Positions 11,230-23,399 of a DNA stretch of 64,000 bases are shown piece by piece. The DNA comes from Fimicolochytrium jonesii. Lineage: Eukaryota. The stretch is from assembly GCF_025526975.1 (NCBI RefSeq), contig NW_026515692.1, forward strand, positions 186,001 to 250,000. Direction: 5' to 3'. How positions within the stretch are numbered: the first letter of the stretch is position 1; each line of letters opens with the position of its first letter. The position numbers and the translations under genes were made by a program. A model generated the notes under the pieces. It was not told where the DNA came from. It ran no database searches and saw nothing but the letters and a program-made list of their open reading frames with translations.

Positions 11230-11682
11230 AACAATTGGCAATTGCACCCGGACATCTTTCAGCAACTCGATGACAGACCCTGGGGAGGCCCACACTGTCA
11301 CACTGTGGACCTCTTCGCCACAAAGCAGAACGCTCAAGTTTCAAGGTACTGCTCGGTCGACCAAACCGATACCAATGCAACTGCCCACGACGCCTTCAAG
11401 ATCCGCTGGGACGCCGAGAATGGCTGGGCCAATCCCCCTTGGCTAGCCATTCAACAAGTGCTCGACAAGGTGGTAACGGACGGAGCAACCATTACGCTGA
11501 TTACCCCCGTGTGGCGAGAAGCTCCATGGTACTTTCAGCTCCTCACGCTCCTCGTCGACTATCCGAAATTGCTGAACCACGAACGAGACCTCTTCGCCAA
11601 GGGTTGCTCCCGCGAACAAGACGAAGGTGTTTACGGGCTTCCGCCCTGGGAACACACTGCGGCATGGAGAATCTCCGGTGAT
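11230..11682 (+). CDS. Dam-like DNA N6-adenine methyltransferase domain within Gypsy C Pol
   Basis: WQLHPDIF...WG, DLFA (11308-11319), DAF..W, NPPW (11431-11442), VLDK and TLITPVW..APW match the signature of the phage/DIRS-type Dam family. The domain has no internal stop. Confidence 0.85.
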
Positions 11683-14600
11683 TCTGCGGCCATTCACCAC
11701 TTCCAAGACCGGTTACACTAAGCATGGACCTACAAAACCGGTGCTTGCCATGTCAAGCGCCTGTCATTCCAGGACTGCTAAGCAGGGACTCTGTCCTTTC
11801 TACGGATTCCGTTCCAGACAATCCTCTCCATCCGTCGGCACCCACCGGCGACAGCGGACAAAAAAGGGGAGGAGGACGCCAAGGCGGTGGCAATTGACAC
11901 GGCCATATTGGAAGCACACAAGAAGGGTTCACTGGAAGAGATAATGCTTCTGGAGAAGACGGTCAAGCGACGGAAACGCAAGGCATGGAAAGGAGAATTC
12001 CTTGACAGCCTTGTCTGGAAACGAGTCGGAACGGGCGAGTACGACCCCAAGGCGCAATTCTTCCTGAAATACTTGAGGATAGTCACGACAGAATTGGTGA
12101 GCAAGGCAAGGCGGTACCTCGACGTCCGAGACAAGTATGAGATCACCGCGCACCCTGGGGACGACCTACCCACCCAGGACACCTGGATTGCTCCAGTGGC
12201 TGGAAATGAAGAAAGATTCCACGCCTGGAGAGAAGCCCGAGGACTGTACCCCACGGAAGACCGCATGGTCATTCCCCCTGATTAAGGCAAAGAAAACACC
12301 CTCCTTGATTCCCTTCATGCCCACGTCGAAAAGGACACGACAAGTAGTCCTGACCTACGCAAGATGTACACCATTGCGCAGATCTACGGGAAGATTGAGG
12401 ACATGCCTCTCGACAGGCTCGTTGTCGACACTGCAGCGAGTCTCAACGGCATCGATGCTACGTTATACCTGATGCTGAAGACCAAGCACAGCTCGAAGAT
12501 CAAGGCCACCAAGTACGAGCGAGAGCTGTCCGGAATTGGCGAAGGCCGTTCAATAGGCCACGTTGAATTGAGGGTAAAGCCCGGCATCAACGGACGGCAC
12601 AGTTACAAGTTGAAGTTCAACATCATACCCAACTTGGGACGACCGGTGCTTATCGGCATCCCAGGGCTCGACGCAATGGGAGCAGTCATGGACATGGAGA
12701 AGAGATCATTCGCCTTCCGACTACCAACCGAAGAGCAAATGACCACGCCCATGAAGATAACCCTCGAAGACCATCCGCTTAACACTCACCTCCCGACGGT
12801 CGCTCCGCTAGTGCCATCACGCTACAACGTAGTCATCAAGCAAGACTGAGTGGTGTTGAAGCCAATGGCGGTGACCCACGTACGGGTCGGCAGAACGAAG
12901 CAAGGAATCACCGGAACGACGTACCTTGTCGAAGGCAACAAGGCGTTAGGCGAGTCAGGCATATGGTGTGCAAACCAACTTGGAAAGGCCGACGAGAACG
13001 GAGAACACATGTACCCAGTAGCGAATCTCATGCCCAGGAAGCGCATCCTTCGGAAAAATCATGTCGTCGGAACGGCCACCGCCAGCGACCACGACCTGCG
13101 GGTAGAACCAGTGCCTGAAGTGTATCTGACGGAGGAGAAGCTGAGCGGATGGTTGACCGAAAACCTGAAGAATGACCTACCGTCACCACCGCCTGCATGG
13201 CCAAACAGCCAAAAGGCCGCGGGCCAACGTCATTGGATGATGCCCAGATTGAGAAGCACCACCGGCTCAGCATTCTACACGCCTCAGAGCCAAGAGGAAG
13301 TGAAGGCCTACGGAACGGACGAGCCGAAAGAGGGACCAGTTGAGGTGAAAGGGTTGGGACAGGAGAAGATTGGCGAACTGGCAAAAACATCGGCCATCCA
13401 CAAGATGAAGGATTTGGACGCGGCCGCCACCCCTCTAGAAGATGAGCAATCCTACACGTCACCAGCTGCCCGCCGAGGACGAGACCAAATAGAAGCAATG
13501 GCGCCTCGGGCACACCTGACACCAGAAGAAGACAAAGCATTACGGGACGTGCTCCTAGCGAATGCGGAAGCCTTCGACCCCCAAATTTCGGACAAGCCGA
13601 ACATTCCGTACAAACACCACATGGAGATAATGCCTGGGACTCTTCCCATTGCCCACCCCCCACGCCGACAGGGCCAGGAGAAACAGAAGGTCCTACGAGA
13701 GCACACCGACACGATGCTGAAGGACAACATCATCTGGCCCAGTAGATCACCATGGGCCACTCCGGTGTCGCTGGTTAAAAAGCTGGGGGGTTGACTAAGG
13801 TTCGTCACTGACTACCGCGAACTCAACGCAAAGACGATACCCGACTCCTATCCGCTGCCTCAAATCGACTCAACCATTGAATTCCTTGCCGGCAAAAAGT
13901 GGTTTACAACCATGGACCTACGCTGGGGATTCTGGCAGACACCGATCAAGGAAGAACACAAGCACCTCACAGCCTTCTGTACACCCCATGGGTTGTTCAA
14001 GTTCAACAAACTCCCATTCGGACTCAAGAATTCCCCGATTACCTTCCAACATGTAATGGACGCGGTCCTGGCAGGACTGAAGTATAGCTTCTGGCTGGTC
14101 TACCTGGACAACATCATTGTGTTCTACGACACCTTCCAGGAGCACATGACCCATGTCTCTCAAGTCCTCACCCGCATTCGAGAATCTGGACTACGAGTGA
14201 AGTTGGAGAAGTGCCATTTTGCGGTACACGCAATTCACTTCCTCGGCAAGAAGGTGGATATCAGTAGACAAAGCCAAAGTGACCAAGATCCTCGACGTCA
14301 AACCAAGAAAAGCATCTGTTGCAACGCCTCCTCGGAATGTTTGTCGTCCACCATCAGCACAGTAAGAGGTACGGCCAAATTGCTCGACCATTGTACGACT
14401 TGCTCAAGAACGACAGAGTGTGGAAATGGGGACCAGAGGAGCAAAAGGCATTCGAGGAATTGCGAGAGGGAATGGCGGACGCAGCAATCCTAAAATTCCC
14501 GGAAGAAGGATGCCCGCTGGTACTCAAGTGCGACGCGAGCAAACTCGGACTTGGAGCAGCGCTCTACAAGATCAAGGACGGAAAGGAGATCCCTCTGGTC

Positions 14601-16570
14601 TTCATCTGCAAGTCGCTTACGGACGCAGAGAAGCAATACTCGAACACGGAGAGAGAGGGATTGGCAATTCACTGGGCCGTGACGAAGCTGGAGTACTACC
14701 TCTGGGGAAAACCATTCACAGTGGAGACGGATCACTCCGCGCTGTTGGCGCTGGCCAAGCACGGAGACCTGGCAGGAAAGTGGGCGCGATGGAGATACGC
14801 GCTCCAAGACTCACAGATGGAGATTCGGTACAAAGCCGGCAGCTCACGGTCCCATGCGGTACCCGACTTCCTATCGAGAGCCTTGTTGGAAGAGAAAAGG
14901 TCGATAGGAACTCAGACGGAGGCAATTGAAGAAGCGTCTGGAGAGAGGAAAGAGGAGGTGTTCATGATGGAGGGAGAAGCGGCAGCTGCGGAGAAGACTT
15001 CAGCTACACCAGGTGTCGTTACCCTGGAAGGAGCGTTCGCCGAAGAGATTGAACAAGAGCAGAAGGAGGACAAATTTGTCGCCAGGTACCTTGCATTCTT
15101 CAAATCGGGAGAACTACCGGACAACGTCCTGACAAAGCAACTCATGCTACAGACGATCTCCGACCTACGTGTCCAGGATGGCATACTCTATCGAATTCAA
15201 GAGTTTCGCCGACCCAAGTACAGACGCCGGATGTTCAAACAGATTGTTGTACCGGCCAAATTGCGAAGATGATGCCTGGAGCTCTGCCACGACGACCTGT
15301 TGGCAGGGCACCTGGGCAGGGACAAAACCTTCAGCAGACTTCAACAGTCCTTCTGGTGGCCGGAATGCGTGGCGGACATGATCAATCACCTCGCCAGTTG
15401 CATCAAATGCAACTAGCACAAGCCGGAAATGCCGAAGTCTGCGAGAGGAGGAGAGATGGACCCAATTGTCATTGGAGATGTGTGGTGGCGGGTCGGAATG
15501 GGCTTGCCCGGACCTTTGCCGGCTACAAGGAATACGAAGTTCAAATATGTACTCGTTGTCATCGACTACGCCAGCAAATTCAGCTTCGCAATTCCATTGA
15601 AGGATGCAAAGGCGTACAAGGTTGCCCGGGCTCTTCTGGAGCATGTATTCACCATCTTTGGGGTCCCCGGGGTGATAACATCGGACTGTGGACAGCCCTT
15701 CACAAGCGAAGTTCAGAAGGCGCTATTGAAACTACTGGGGTCCGCCCCAGCATTAGCGTCGCCCTACCACCCACCGTCCAATGGGCTTGAGGAGAACACA
15801 ATCAAGACGCTTTTGAAGATGATCCAGACGTACGTGAACGAGTACACCCACGACGACTGGGACGGACAACTTCCGTACATCTTGTTCGCTCATCGGACCA
15901 TGATGCAATCATCGACATTGGAGTTGTCATTCTATCTGATGTTCGGACGCGACCCCCAGATGCCGGGATTCTTGTGGGAGAAATCCCGGAGTCATGGGAG
16001 CCGATTGTGAAAGGAGCAATGCCGGTCTGGGACTTGCGAGCGGAGATCATCAAGCGCCTGCAGATTGCATGGGATTTGGCCAAGGAGAACGTCGCCAAAG
16101 CCCAAGCACGACAAAAGGCGTGGTACAACAAGAACTCCGAGAAGACAAGCTACCAGCTAGGAGAACAAGTCTGGCTGGCAATCCCTCAGTTTCGCAAGTC
16201 GACCAACGTGGAAAATGCGACGGCCATCAAGAAGTTCGCTGCCAAATGGAGCGGACCACACCGGGTAGTAGGTCGGGACAACGGCCTCACCTACAAGCTT
16301 ATGGAACTCCTCTCGCCTGTGGAAGTCATCTACCGGACAGCCCATATCCGGCGCATGCGACCATTCACAGCCAGACGACCGCTAGATCCGACGGAGCTAA
16401 TTGAGATGGACGAAGAGGTAATTTCGACAGCTCAATTGGCACAGGCAGCGACAGCTCGAGTCTTGAAGAAGACGCCATTCAGGCCTAAAGCGTACGGGAC
16501 GTCCCACAAACTGAAGAAGCGAGGGCTTGACCCGGACACGGACTCGGAAGACTCTGATGGCAATGTTGAG

Positions 16571-16730
16571 GATGAACGGGAGGTCTAGAAGATCATCGAC
16601 CACCGCCAGGACGACAATGGGCAGTGGGAATTCAAAGTCCACTGGAAAAACTGGAACACTCGGAACGACGGCTGGGTGGTACTCTCGGACTTCCGAGGGC
16701 AGGAGCTACTGGATACGTACTGGATACGTA
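16571..16730 (+). pseudogene. Chromodomain at the Gypsy C integrase C-terminus
   Basis: REV*KIIDHRQDDNGQWEFKVHWKNWNTRNDGWVVLSDF..ELLDTYW, with TAG at 16586-16588. Confidence 0.85.
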
Positions 16731-16735
16731 CGGAC

Positions 16736-19373
16736 CGACGCGAGTGGATCCTCCCGGGTGGTATCCGGAGGGGTGGCCATTGCCTTTTGGTCCGCCAGGA
16801 GCGCACGTTTCTTCGCCTCGACCGTGCGAACAAAGTTAGCCTCGGCTTTGGCGACGTCCGCGAGGGCGTCGTTTGTTCCCAGGTCCACCTCCGTTTCCGT
16901 GCGTGAGACCCATGCGGTATAGACCTCGGTGGTCTTATCCCTCTTGATCGCTCGCTTGAATTGTTTGGCCGTGAGGAAGCCCTCCTCATTTAAGGCCGCG
17001 CGCTTTGGGTAGAAACAGCGGGGGCGAGGGCCTGTATGAGGTTTGAGTAACCGGGCCGCGCAAGCGCTGGGTTGTTGCCATCGGCGGGTGGGAGGTTTAG
17101 CGCGGAAAGTTAGTACGGTTGCGTTAGCCTCGAATTGAAGCGCCTGGAACCCATTGTTGCGCCATAAGCGTATGAGGTCAAGGTCCAGGATGTAGTGTAG
17201 CCCTAGGATAACATCCGCGTGGATCGGGGCCACGACGAACGGGACCCGAGGGGTCTTATGAGGTATTCGTTCCTCCGTGAAGACGGAGAGGTCGGCACAA
17301 ATCATCCGCGTGGCGCCGTATGATCCGGCTTTGTCACCCCAGCGCACCTCGAGGGGCGTGGGACAATCGTACGTGTTAAGATCATGGCATTGTGCGAATG
17401 AGTCGCTGATGAGCATGGTATTGCAACCAGTGTCTATGAGGATGCAGCAGAAGATGCCGCCGACACATCCATGGACCATAAACGTGTGCTTGTCGATGAC
17501 GGGCCCGGGGCGGTATGCCGGAATGGTGTCCTGCAGTCGGGGTCCGGGAAGTCCCTCGGGTTGTCTGGACGCTGATGCGCTGCAGGCGGTCAGGCCCTGG
17601 GGAGAAAATCCTGACTCTCGACGGAGTATGCGGGGCTTGGGGGCTCCTCCGCGGCCGAATGGAACTTGTCGTTGTCATCATCGAAGACCTCGGCGGGCGC
17701 CGCCGAGATCTTGAGTCGGTCCGGGTTCTTAGGGCACGCTCGGGCGTAGTGGTCCTTGCTGCCGCAAGTGTGACATTCGCCTCGCTGCGTTTTCCTCTCC
17801 TTCCCAAGGGGTACTCGGTTGGAGTTGAAGGTGCGGGGCGTATTGCGCTTGTTGCGAGCCTGGGCCGGAGCGGCCGTAGCGGGTTGGATCCGTTTGCCGT
17901 CTTCCAAAATGCGGGCGATCCCGTCGGCATAACCCCTGATGCAGAAGGCCCTCTGGGCGGCTTCCTGAAGGGTCTTGATGGGGATGTCTTCGTCCTCATT
18001 GCCCTGTTGTAGGATGAACTGGCAACACTGCTCACGGATGCAACGTCCGACCTGGTGGAAGGTCAGCCCGTTCAGGAAGTACTGACGTTCCTGTCGCAGC
18101 GTGAGATGTTCCTTTTCGGGGAGGATAGCGTTCTGTGTGGTCAGTGCATTGAAGGCCGAAACGTAGTCTGACATGCTGTCTTTGAACTTCAGGACGGCCA
18201 GTTTCGCCTCGTTCGAATTACGGAGGTTGGCGGGGTAGAACCTGCGCCTGAGTGCCTTCAGGAACTGTTCCCGGGTGGCGGGAGGCTCTCCGGAGCGAGC
18301 CTCGAGCTTCCACCACTCAGCGGCGTCTCCCGACAAGTGGGCTACAAAGTTTTTCACGCCCCCGTCCTCCGTTCTGAATTCGGTGGCTTCCAAATAGCGT
18401 AGGTGGGCGTCGACGAACTCATCCAGTTTGGCGACCATGCCTTTCCCGTTAGCCTTACCATCGAACTTGGTCAGCATCTTAGCCAAGGTGGTTCGGAACT
18501 CCTTCTTGGCGGCCGTCTTGTGCTTACGCTCTTCGCTAGCCGCCAAATGGTCCTCGCGGCTAACTCGTACTCCAGCGAAGGGGCTGTCATCTGGGCGGTC
18601 CCTTCCCAGGAGCTCAAATCGCTGCTGGAGTTGGGCGTTGGTGTTGGCCAGCTGGGCTAGGATTTGGAGGATTGTTGCCTGTCCGTTCTCTTGTCGGGCT
18701 GGGGTACGGCTCCTGCGCCGCATGGGGGAGCGGCTTCGGGTCCTCGCCGGGGAGCGGCTGCGGTGGCAGCTTGCTGAGCGGCTCCTTCGACGGGATGGGG
18801 AGATGCTCCTGCAACCTTGTCGTCCGAGCTTGTATCGCTCTGGCGTCCGATTCCGGCGTCGGGGGTCCGGGCTTTGACGTTGATGAGGTGAGCGTGAGCT
18901 GGAGTGCCTCCTTCCAGGTGACGACCCACGGGGGTGACCCCCTGCGCCTGTGCAAGGGGCGGTTACGCTCCGCGGGGCCGTTGCCTTGGCGTTGGTTGCC
19001 GTCGAGCCGTTGCGCCCTTCGATGCGGGTGTTCAAATGGATCAAGCTCTAAGCGGTCATTGTTAACTATTGCATAGCTGACGGCGGTATTAGCACCCGCC
19101 TGAGAGTTGCTCATCGTAGGTTGCCGGGGAGATCTTGAAGGGTGGTGCTACCATGTAATAATGCTAGGTCCGTTGCCAGAGACTAGGTCTGTCTCCGTCT
19201 CGATGTATTGAAAGAATTCTAGAGTCTCTACCTCCCAGGGCGCCACCCGAAGCCTTTTCTTCCCTTCGGGAGTCACCCCAGAGCGTAGGACTCCAATATA
19301 ATCTATGCTACACGTGATCTCATGCCCTACGCGCTCCCTCGCAGTAAGGTGACACCTGCAGCACCTCATTAGA
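16736..19373 (-). mobile_element. Gypsy D 5' half: LTR (19154-19373), tRNA-iMet-type PBS, gag and protease; truncated before RT
   Basis: PBS TGGTAGCA starts at 19153. Gag has an RS-rich N-terminus, LSGDAAEWW and CHTCGSKDHYARAC. A GGATTTT slippery site leads to a -1 frame with ILIDTGC and DVILG. Confidence 0.9.
17590..19044 (-). CDS. gag: Gag of Gypsy D
   Basis: 484-aa ORF with capsid and CCHC motifs; the likely ATG at 19114 is separated from it by a frameshift. Confidence 0.85.
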   Translation of the reverse strand: MIHLNTRIEGRNGSTATNAKATAPRSVTAPCTGAGGHPRGSSPGRRHSSSRSPHQRQSPDPRRRNRTPERYKLGRQGCRSISPSRRRSRSASCHRSRSPARTRSRSPMRRRSRTPARQENGQATILQILAQLANTNAQLQQRFELLGRDRPDDSPFAGVRVSREDHLAASEERKHKTAAKKEFRTTLAKMLTKFDGKANGKGMVAKLDEFVDAHLRYLEATEFRTEDGGVKNFVAHLSGDAAEWWKLEARSGEPPATREQFLKALRRRFYPANLRNSNEAKLAVLKFKDSMSDYVSAFNALTTQNAILPEKEHLTLRQERQYFLNGLTFHQVGRCIREQCCQFILQQGNEDEDIPIKTLQEAAQRAFCIRGYADGIARILEDGKRIQPATAAPAQARNKRNTPRTFNSNRVPLGKERKTQRGECHTCGSKDHYARACPKNPDRLKISAAPAEVFDDDNDKFHSAAEEPPSPAYSVESQDFLPRA

Positions 19374-19995
19374 ATGGCTTGCCCAGCGGGCGGATCCATC
19401 GGAGCACTACCCATCACCGTTGCCTACCTCAGTGAAGGGATTTAAGAATCTGCCACCGTTAAAGCCGATAGCTTTCTTTGGGCGGAAGATGCAACCCGCT
19501 GAAACACGTTACCCCGTGCACGAACAAGAGCTATTAGCTCTGGTTAGCATATGCAAGGCGAATAGGCATTACTTGCAGGATCGGACAAATGACCGAACGT
19601 TTTGTGCGTTCACCGATCACGCTAGTTTGGTCTGGCTGCAGACACAGCCCTTCCTGAGCCATTGCCAAGCACGATGGGTTGAGTCCCTGCAACAATTCAA
19701 ATTTGATATTGAATATCAACCTGGTTGTTGGAACATGGTCGCGGATGTGTTGAGTTGTAATTCTTATTACGCTCCTCGCTGCGCCAAGTGTAACAAGCGA
19801 GTGGAAATCTCTGCGGCCATGGGGATGTCCGTCGAGTATATTCCTTTGGGGAATGCTGAAGGCTGATGAGTACTTCGCTTTGCGGAAAGAGGCGTTGTCA
19901 CAGCCAAAGGAACGACAGTCTACATTCGATCGTCGTTTTTCGATCGATGACTATAGTCGTTTACTGTACCACAATACGTTCTATGTGCCAGCTAC
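19374..19995 (+). mobile_element. Gypsy E fragment (RNase H to start of integrase)
   Basis: YPVHEQELLA, FTDHASL and QARW; inverted paralog of ~22180-22800. Confidence 0.88.
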
Positions 19996-20985
19996 TTTAC
20001 GGGGAGGGGCATGGGGTGCCGGCGACACAGAGGTCATATATGGCACGTTTGCCTGGATAGGGCTAGTCGAATACTGAGAGCGAGTGCTGTTCACAGGCGA
20101 CTGAGCGAGCGGGTTCACGGAGGGGACAAAAAGTCCGCCTTGTTGTGGCGCTCGGCCCAAATTCAAGAACAAGGTAATCAATCCAGTCAGAGTGGCTATT
20201 TGATCCTTCATTTGAAGCATCTCCTCTTCCTGCTTGACAGGCATAGGTTCTTCCTGAATGGAATCCATCAGGAAGGGGTTGGTTCCGGTATGTCCGCGTG
20301 ATTCAGGCGCATCCACATATGGCGTGGGTGCATCTTTCCATTCTGCAATAGTAGCAGAAAGTTCCTCTTTCCTCTTCTTCTCATCCACAAATTCACCAGG
20401 CATTTTGTAAGGCGGGGTAGGTGTTGGTTCACTGCGTAAGTCGGCATGACGGGCTACGCCTTGATTAAGCGGAGTACGTGAGTCAATGCCAGAGCGCTGA
20501 TTAATAGATTCAGAACTCTTAACAGGGGGTTGTTGAACTTTCTTTCCTCCTCCTCAGTGGCCGCAGGTAGTGGGCCCAGCAGAGCCCCTCCTTGGGACCG
20601 CGCGTGGTGAGCGGAGGGCTTGCCGGCTGTCACTGCAGCTGCGTAGCCCTTCTGAGGTTGGGTTGTTGAATCCTTAGGTGGCATGGTGCTTTACTAAGAG
20701 AGCGGTGACTGGAGACCGTGAGTTCTTTATCCTGGAAAGTCCTCTAGTTGCGGGCAAAGCCAGGGCTCATAACTACTTAGCAGTAGTTGGCAGAGGAAGC
20801 AGATGACTGAGCGAACTCTATGTTGTGTGAGATGTAGTACTGTGAAGTATGTATTGAAGTCTGAAGTGTAGAAAGAGGACGCGAGGTCCGAAGGGGAAGA
20901 AAAGAGTGAGGTCCCGTACGCGGAAGCGTGGCGTAAGCGGGAGGGGAGTCATGTGGGGAAGTAAACTATGGGAACCCGGGCGGGA
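19996..20985 (-). mobile_element. Copia-A 5' fragment: partial 5' LTR, PBS and gag N-terminal extension
   Basis: Matches 23430-24440. PBS (A)GTTATGAGCCCTG at ~20762-20774. Confidence 0.85.
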
Positions 20986-20999
20986 ACCCGGGAACTACG

Positions 21000-23399
21000 G
21001 GCGTAGATTGCCCGGGGAGCATCTTACCGGCTTTAGACTAGACCCTAAGTTTGTACCATAAGTGCCCATTTGACCCAACTGACTAGCGTACCTACACCTA
21101 GCAGTCCGGGGTTGCCAATATACGGAGTACGCCCAAGCGTGTCTACTTGTGTGGTGAGAATAGGGATTTAGTTGGTCTCCACCGTTTACCTTGCACTCTG
21201 CACGAGTAGATCATCTCCGCTCGCAAACGACCCGATTTAGGACCTATCTCAGGGAATAATCGACCACTTTCACACAGCTCTAACTCGTACGTTTCCGGGT
21301 GTGGTCCTTCCTTCTTCACGATGAAGGGTCCGAGCCAGCTCTGTCTAAACTTGACTTGCCACCATAAACCCGGCGTTAAAGGAAAGACTTGCAACCGTGT
21401 TTATCTGACGGGGATGGTGCACCGGGTCAGGGGTGTGACATTGCAACACCTTCACCTCAACTTGCCAATGCATCGGCGCCTGCGGAATTCTACCCAAATC
21501 AACCTCGAAAGGGCAGTATCCAGTTCTGTTCTGCGTACGGTTGTAGGCAAACTCCAACAATGGCAGTTTGTCAACCCAATAGTCTCCCGTTACATTAAGG
21601 TATTGTTTAAGCATCCTCTTCAAGATAGCGATACACTGTTCGACCTTTCCGTCCGTCTGTTGATGTCGTGCCGTGCTCAAGCTCTGCTTAGAGCCCAACA
21701 ACGATTGAAACACCTTCCAGAAATCTGCCAGGTAGCGGGGATCTTGATCTCCGACGATCAAAGCTACAGTACCTGTATGGCGCCATACTTCATGGAAGTC
21801 AAGCTGGGCCAACTCCTGGGCGATGACAGATAGTTGATGAAGACAATAATACTGTCGTAAAACGCATCATCATGCACCTTCCCCCCCCCCCCCCGCCCCC
21901 ACGACCGTGTTATTGGCATCGAGACAGGATCCATACCCATCGTGTGCCAACGTCGGTCGGGAACTGGGAGCGAACAAAGTAAGCCAACGCGCTTATTGTT
22001 CGGTCACTTGAACCTTTGGCAAGACCCACAAGTCTTGATGTACCCTCTCACATCTGCGTCCATATCGGGCCAGTAAAACTCACGTAGGAGTTTGCCCAAT
22101 GTACCTTGTAGCCCCATATGCGAGCCAGAGAGCAAAGAGTCGTGGTACGCTTGCAATACTGTTCCTCGTGAAGCAGCTGGCACGTAGAACGTATCGTGAT
22201 ACAGTAAACGACCATGCCCATCGATCGAAAAACGTCCATCGAATGTAGACTGTTGTTCCTTTGGCTGTGACAACGCATCTTCAGCCTCTAAGGTTCGTAT
22301 CCAATCCTCAAGCATATCATTCCCCAAAGCAATATACTCAATGGACATCCCCATGGCCGCAGCAATCTCAACTCGCTTGTTACACTCGGCGCAGCGCGGT
22401 GCATAATAAGGATTACGACTCAACACATCTGCGACGGTGTTCCAACGACCAGGTTGATATTCAATATCAAATTTGAATTGTTCCAGGAATTCAACCCACC
22501 GTGCTTGGCGATGGCTAAGGAAGGCTGTTTCTGCAGCCAGACCAAACTAGCGTGATCGGTGAACGCGCAAAACGGGCGGTCATTCGTCCGATCATGCAAG
22601 TAATGCCTATTCGCCTCGCATATATTAACCAGAGCTAACAGCTCCTGTTCGTGCATGGGGTAACGTGCTTCAGCGGACTGCATCTTCCGCCCAAAGAAAG
22701 CTATTAGCTTCAACAGTGACAGATTCTTAAATGCTTTCACTGAGGTAGGCAACGGTGATGGGTAATGCTCTGATGAATCCGCCACCTGGGCGTGCCATCC
22801 TCCTATTGCAAAACCCGATGCATCCATAAACACGTATAAATCTCGCTCTGGGTCATACGACACGAGCGTAGAAGCTGTAATAATAGCTTCCTTCAGCTTA
22901 ACAAAAGCTGTTTCCTCAACATCGCCCCATGGTCTATTGCCCGACTGTAGCTCTGTCAATGGATACGCGATGTATGCATAACGATCGATGTATTGACTCA
23001 GGTAGTTTGTCAACCCTAAGAAAGATTGGACCTCTTTCTGTTTGGTAGGACGTGCACAGTTTTGCACGGCGTCCAATTTCGAGAGTGCAATGGCCATCGT
23101 ATCCTCTCCCAGGATATGGCCGCAGAATTCAAGCTCCTTCTGCATCCATTTACACTTGGACGGCTTGACATAGAGTTTATGCTCAGCGAGAGCAGCTAAA
23201 ACGCTATCCACATGAGCGATATGCTCCTCAGCCGTTTCCGAGAAGATTAAGATATCATCCAGGTAAGATATGACATACGCATCATACATCTTCCCCAATA
23301 AGTTATTGGTTAACCATTGAAACGTTGCTGTTGCATTCGTTAATCCAAACGGCATAACCAAGTACTCAAAGTGACCAAACGGGTCTGCAATGCTGTTTT
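21000..23399 (-). mobile_element. pol: Gypsy E pol remnant (RT-RH-IN-chromodomain-like), interrupted in RT by Copia-A at 23400
   Basis: VMPFGLTNA, YLDD, DAS, HDS..GH..C..C, HQQTDGKVE and WLGPF. Confidence 0.9.

Larger units (their letters stand above)
8574..16735 (+). mobile_element. Gypsy C internal region, no LTRs retained: PBS-gag-[adenine MTase]-PR-RT-RH-IN-chromodomain
   Basis: tRNA-Pro-like PBS, gag with a zinc knuckle, Gypsy domain order in pol, and a C-terminal chromodomain. Confidence 0.92.
10888..16735 (+). pseudogene. pol: Pol of Gypsy C: -1 frame relative to gag, with several in-frame stops and two frameshifts
   Basis: One frame from 10888 to ~14260 carries the MTase, PR (VVDTAAS) and RT (SPWATP, LPFGLKNSP, YLDN). 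It is followed by RH (CDAS, YSNTERE, TDH), IN (HDD..GH, C..C, ITSD, NGLEE, WSGPH) and the chromodomain. Confidence 0.92.

Noticed and set aside
11104..11721. MTase as part of a nested DIRS element
   Set aside because: No tyrosine recombinase, DIRS-type RT/RH or inverted terminal repeats nearby, and the frame is continuous with Gypsy pol on both sides.
9210..19373. Two 220-bp direct repeats as the LTR pair of the MTase-bearing element
   Set aside because: The PBS shows they belong to minus-strand Gypsy D. The left copy has its own TSD and interrupts Gypsy C gag, and the outer flanks (CCAGT/ATGGC) do not match.
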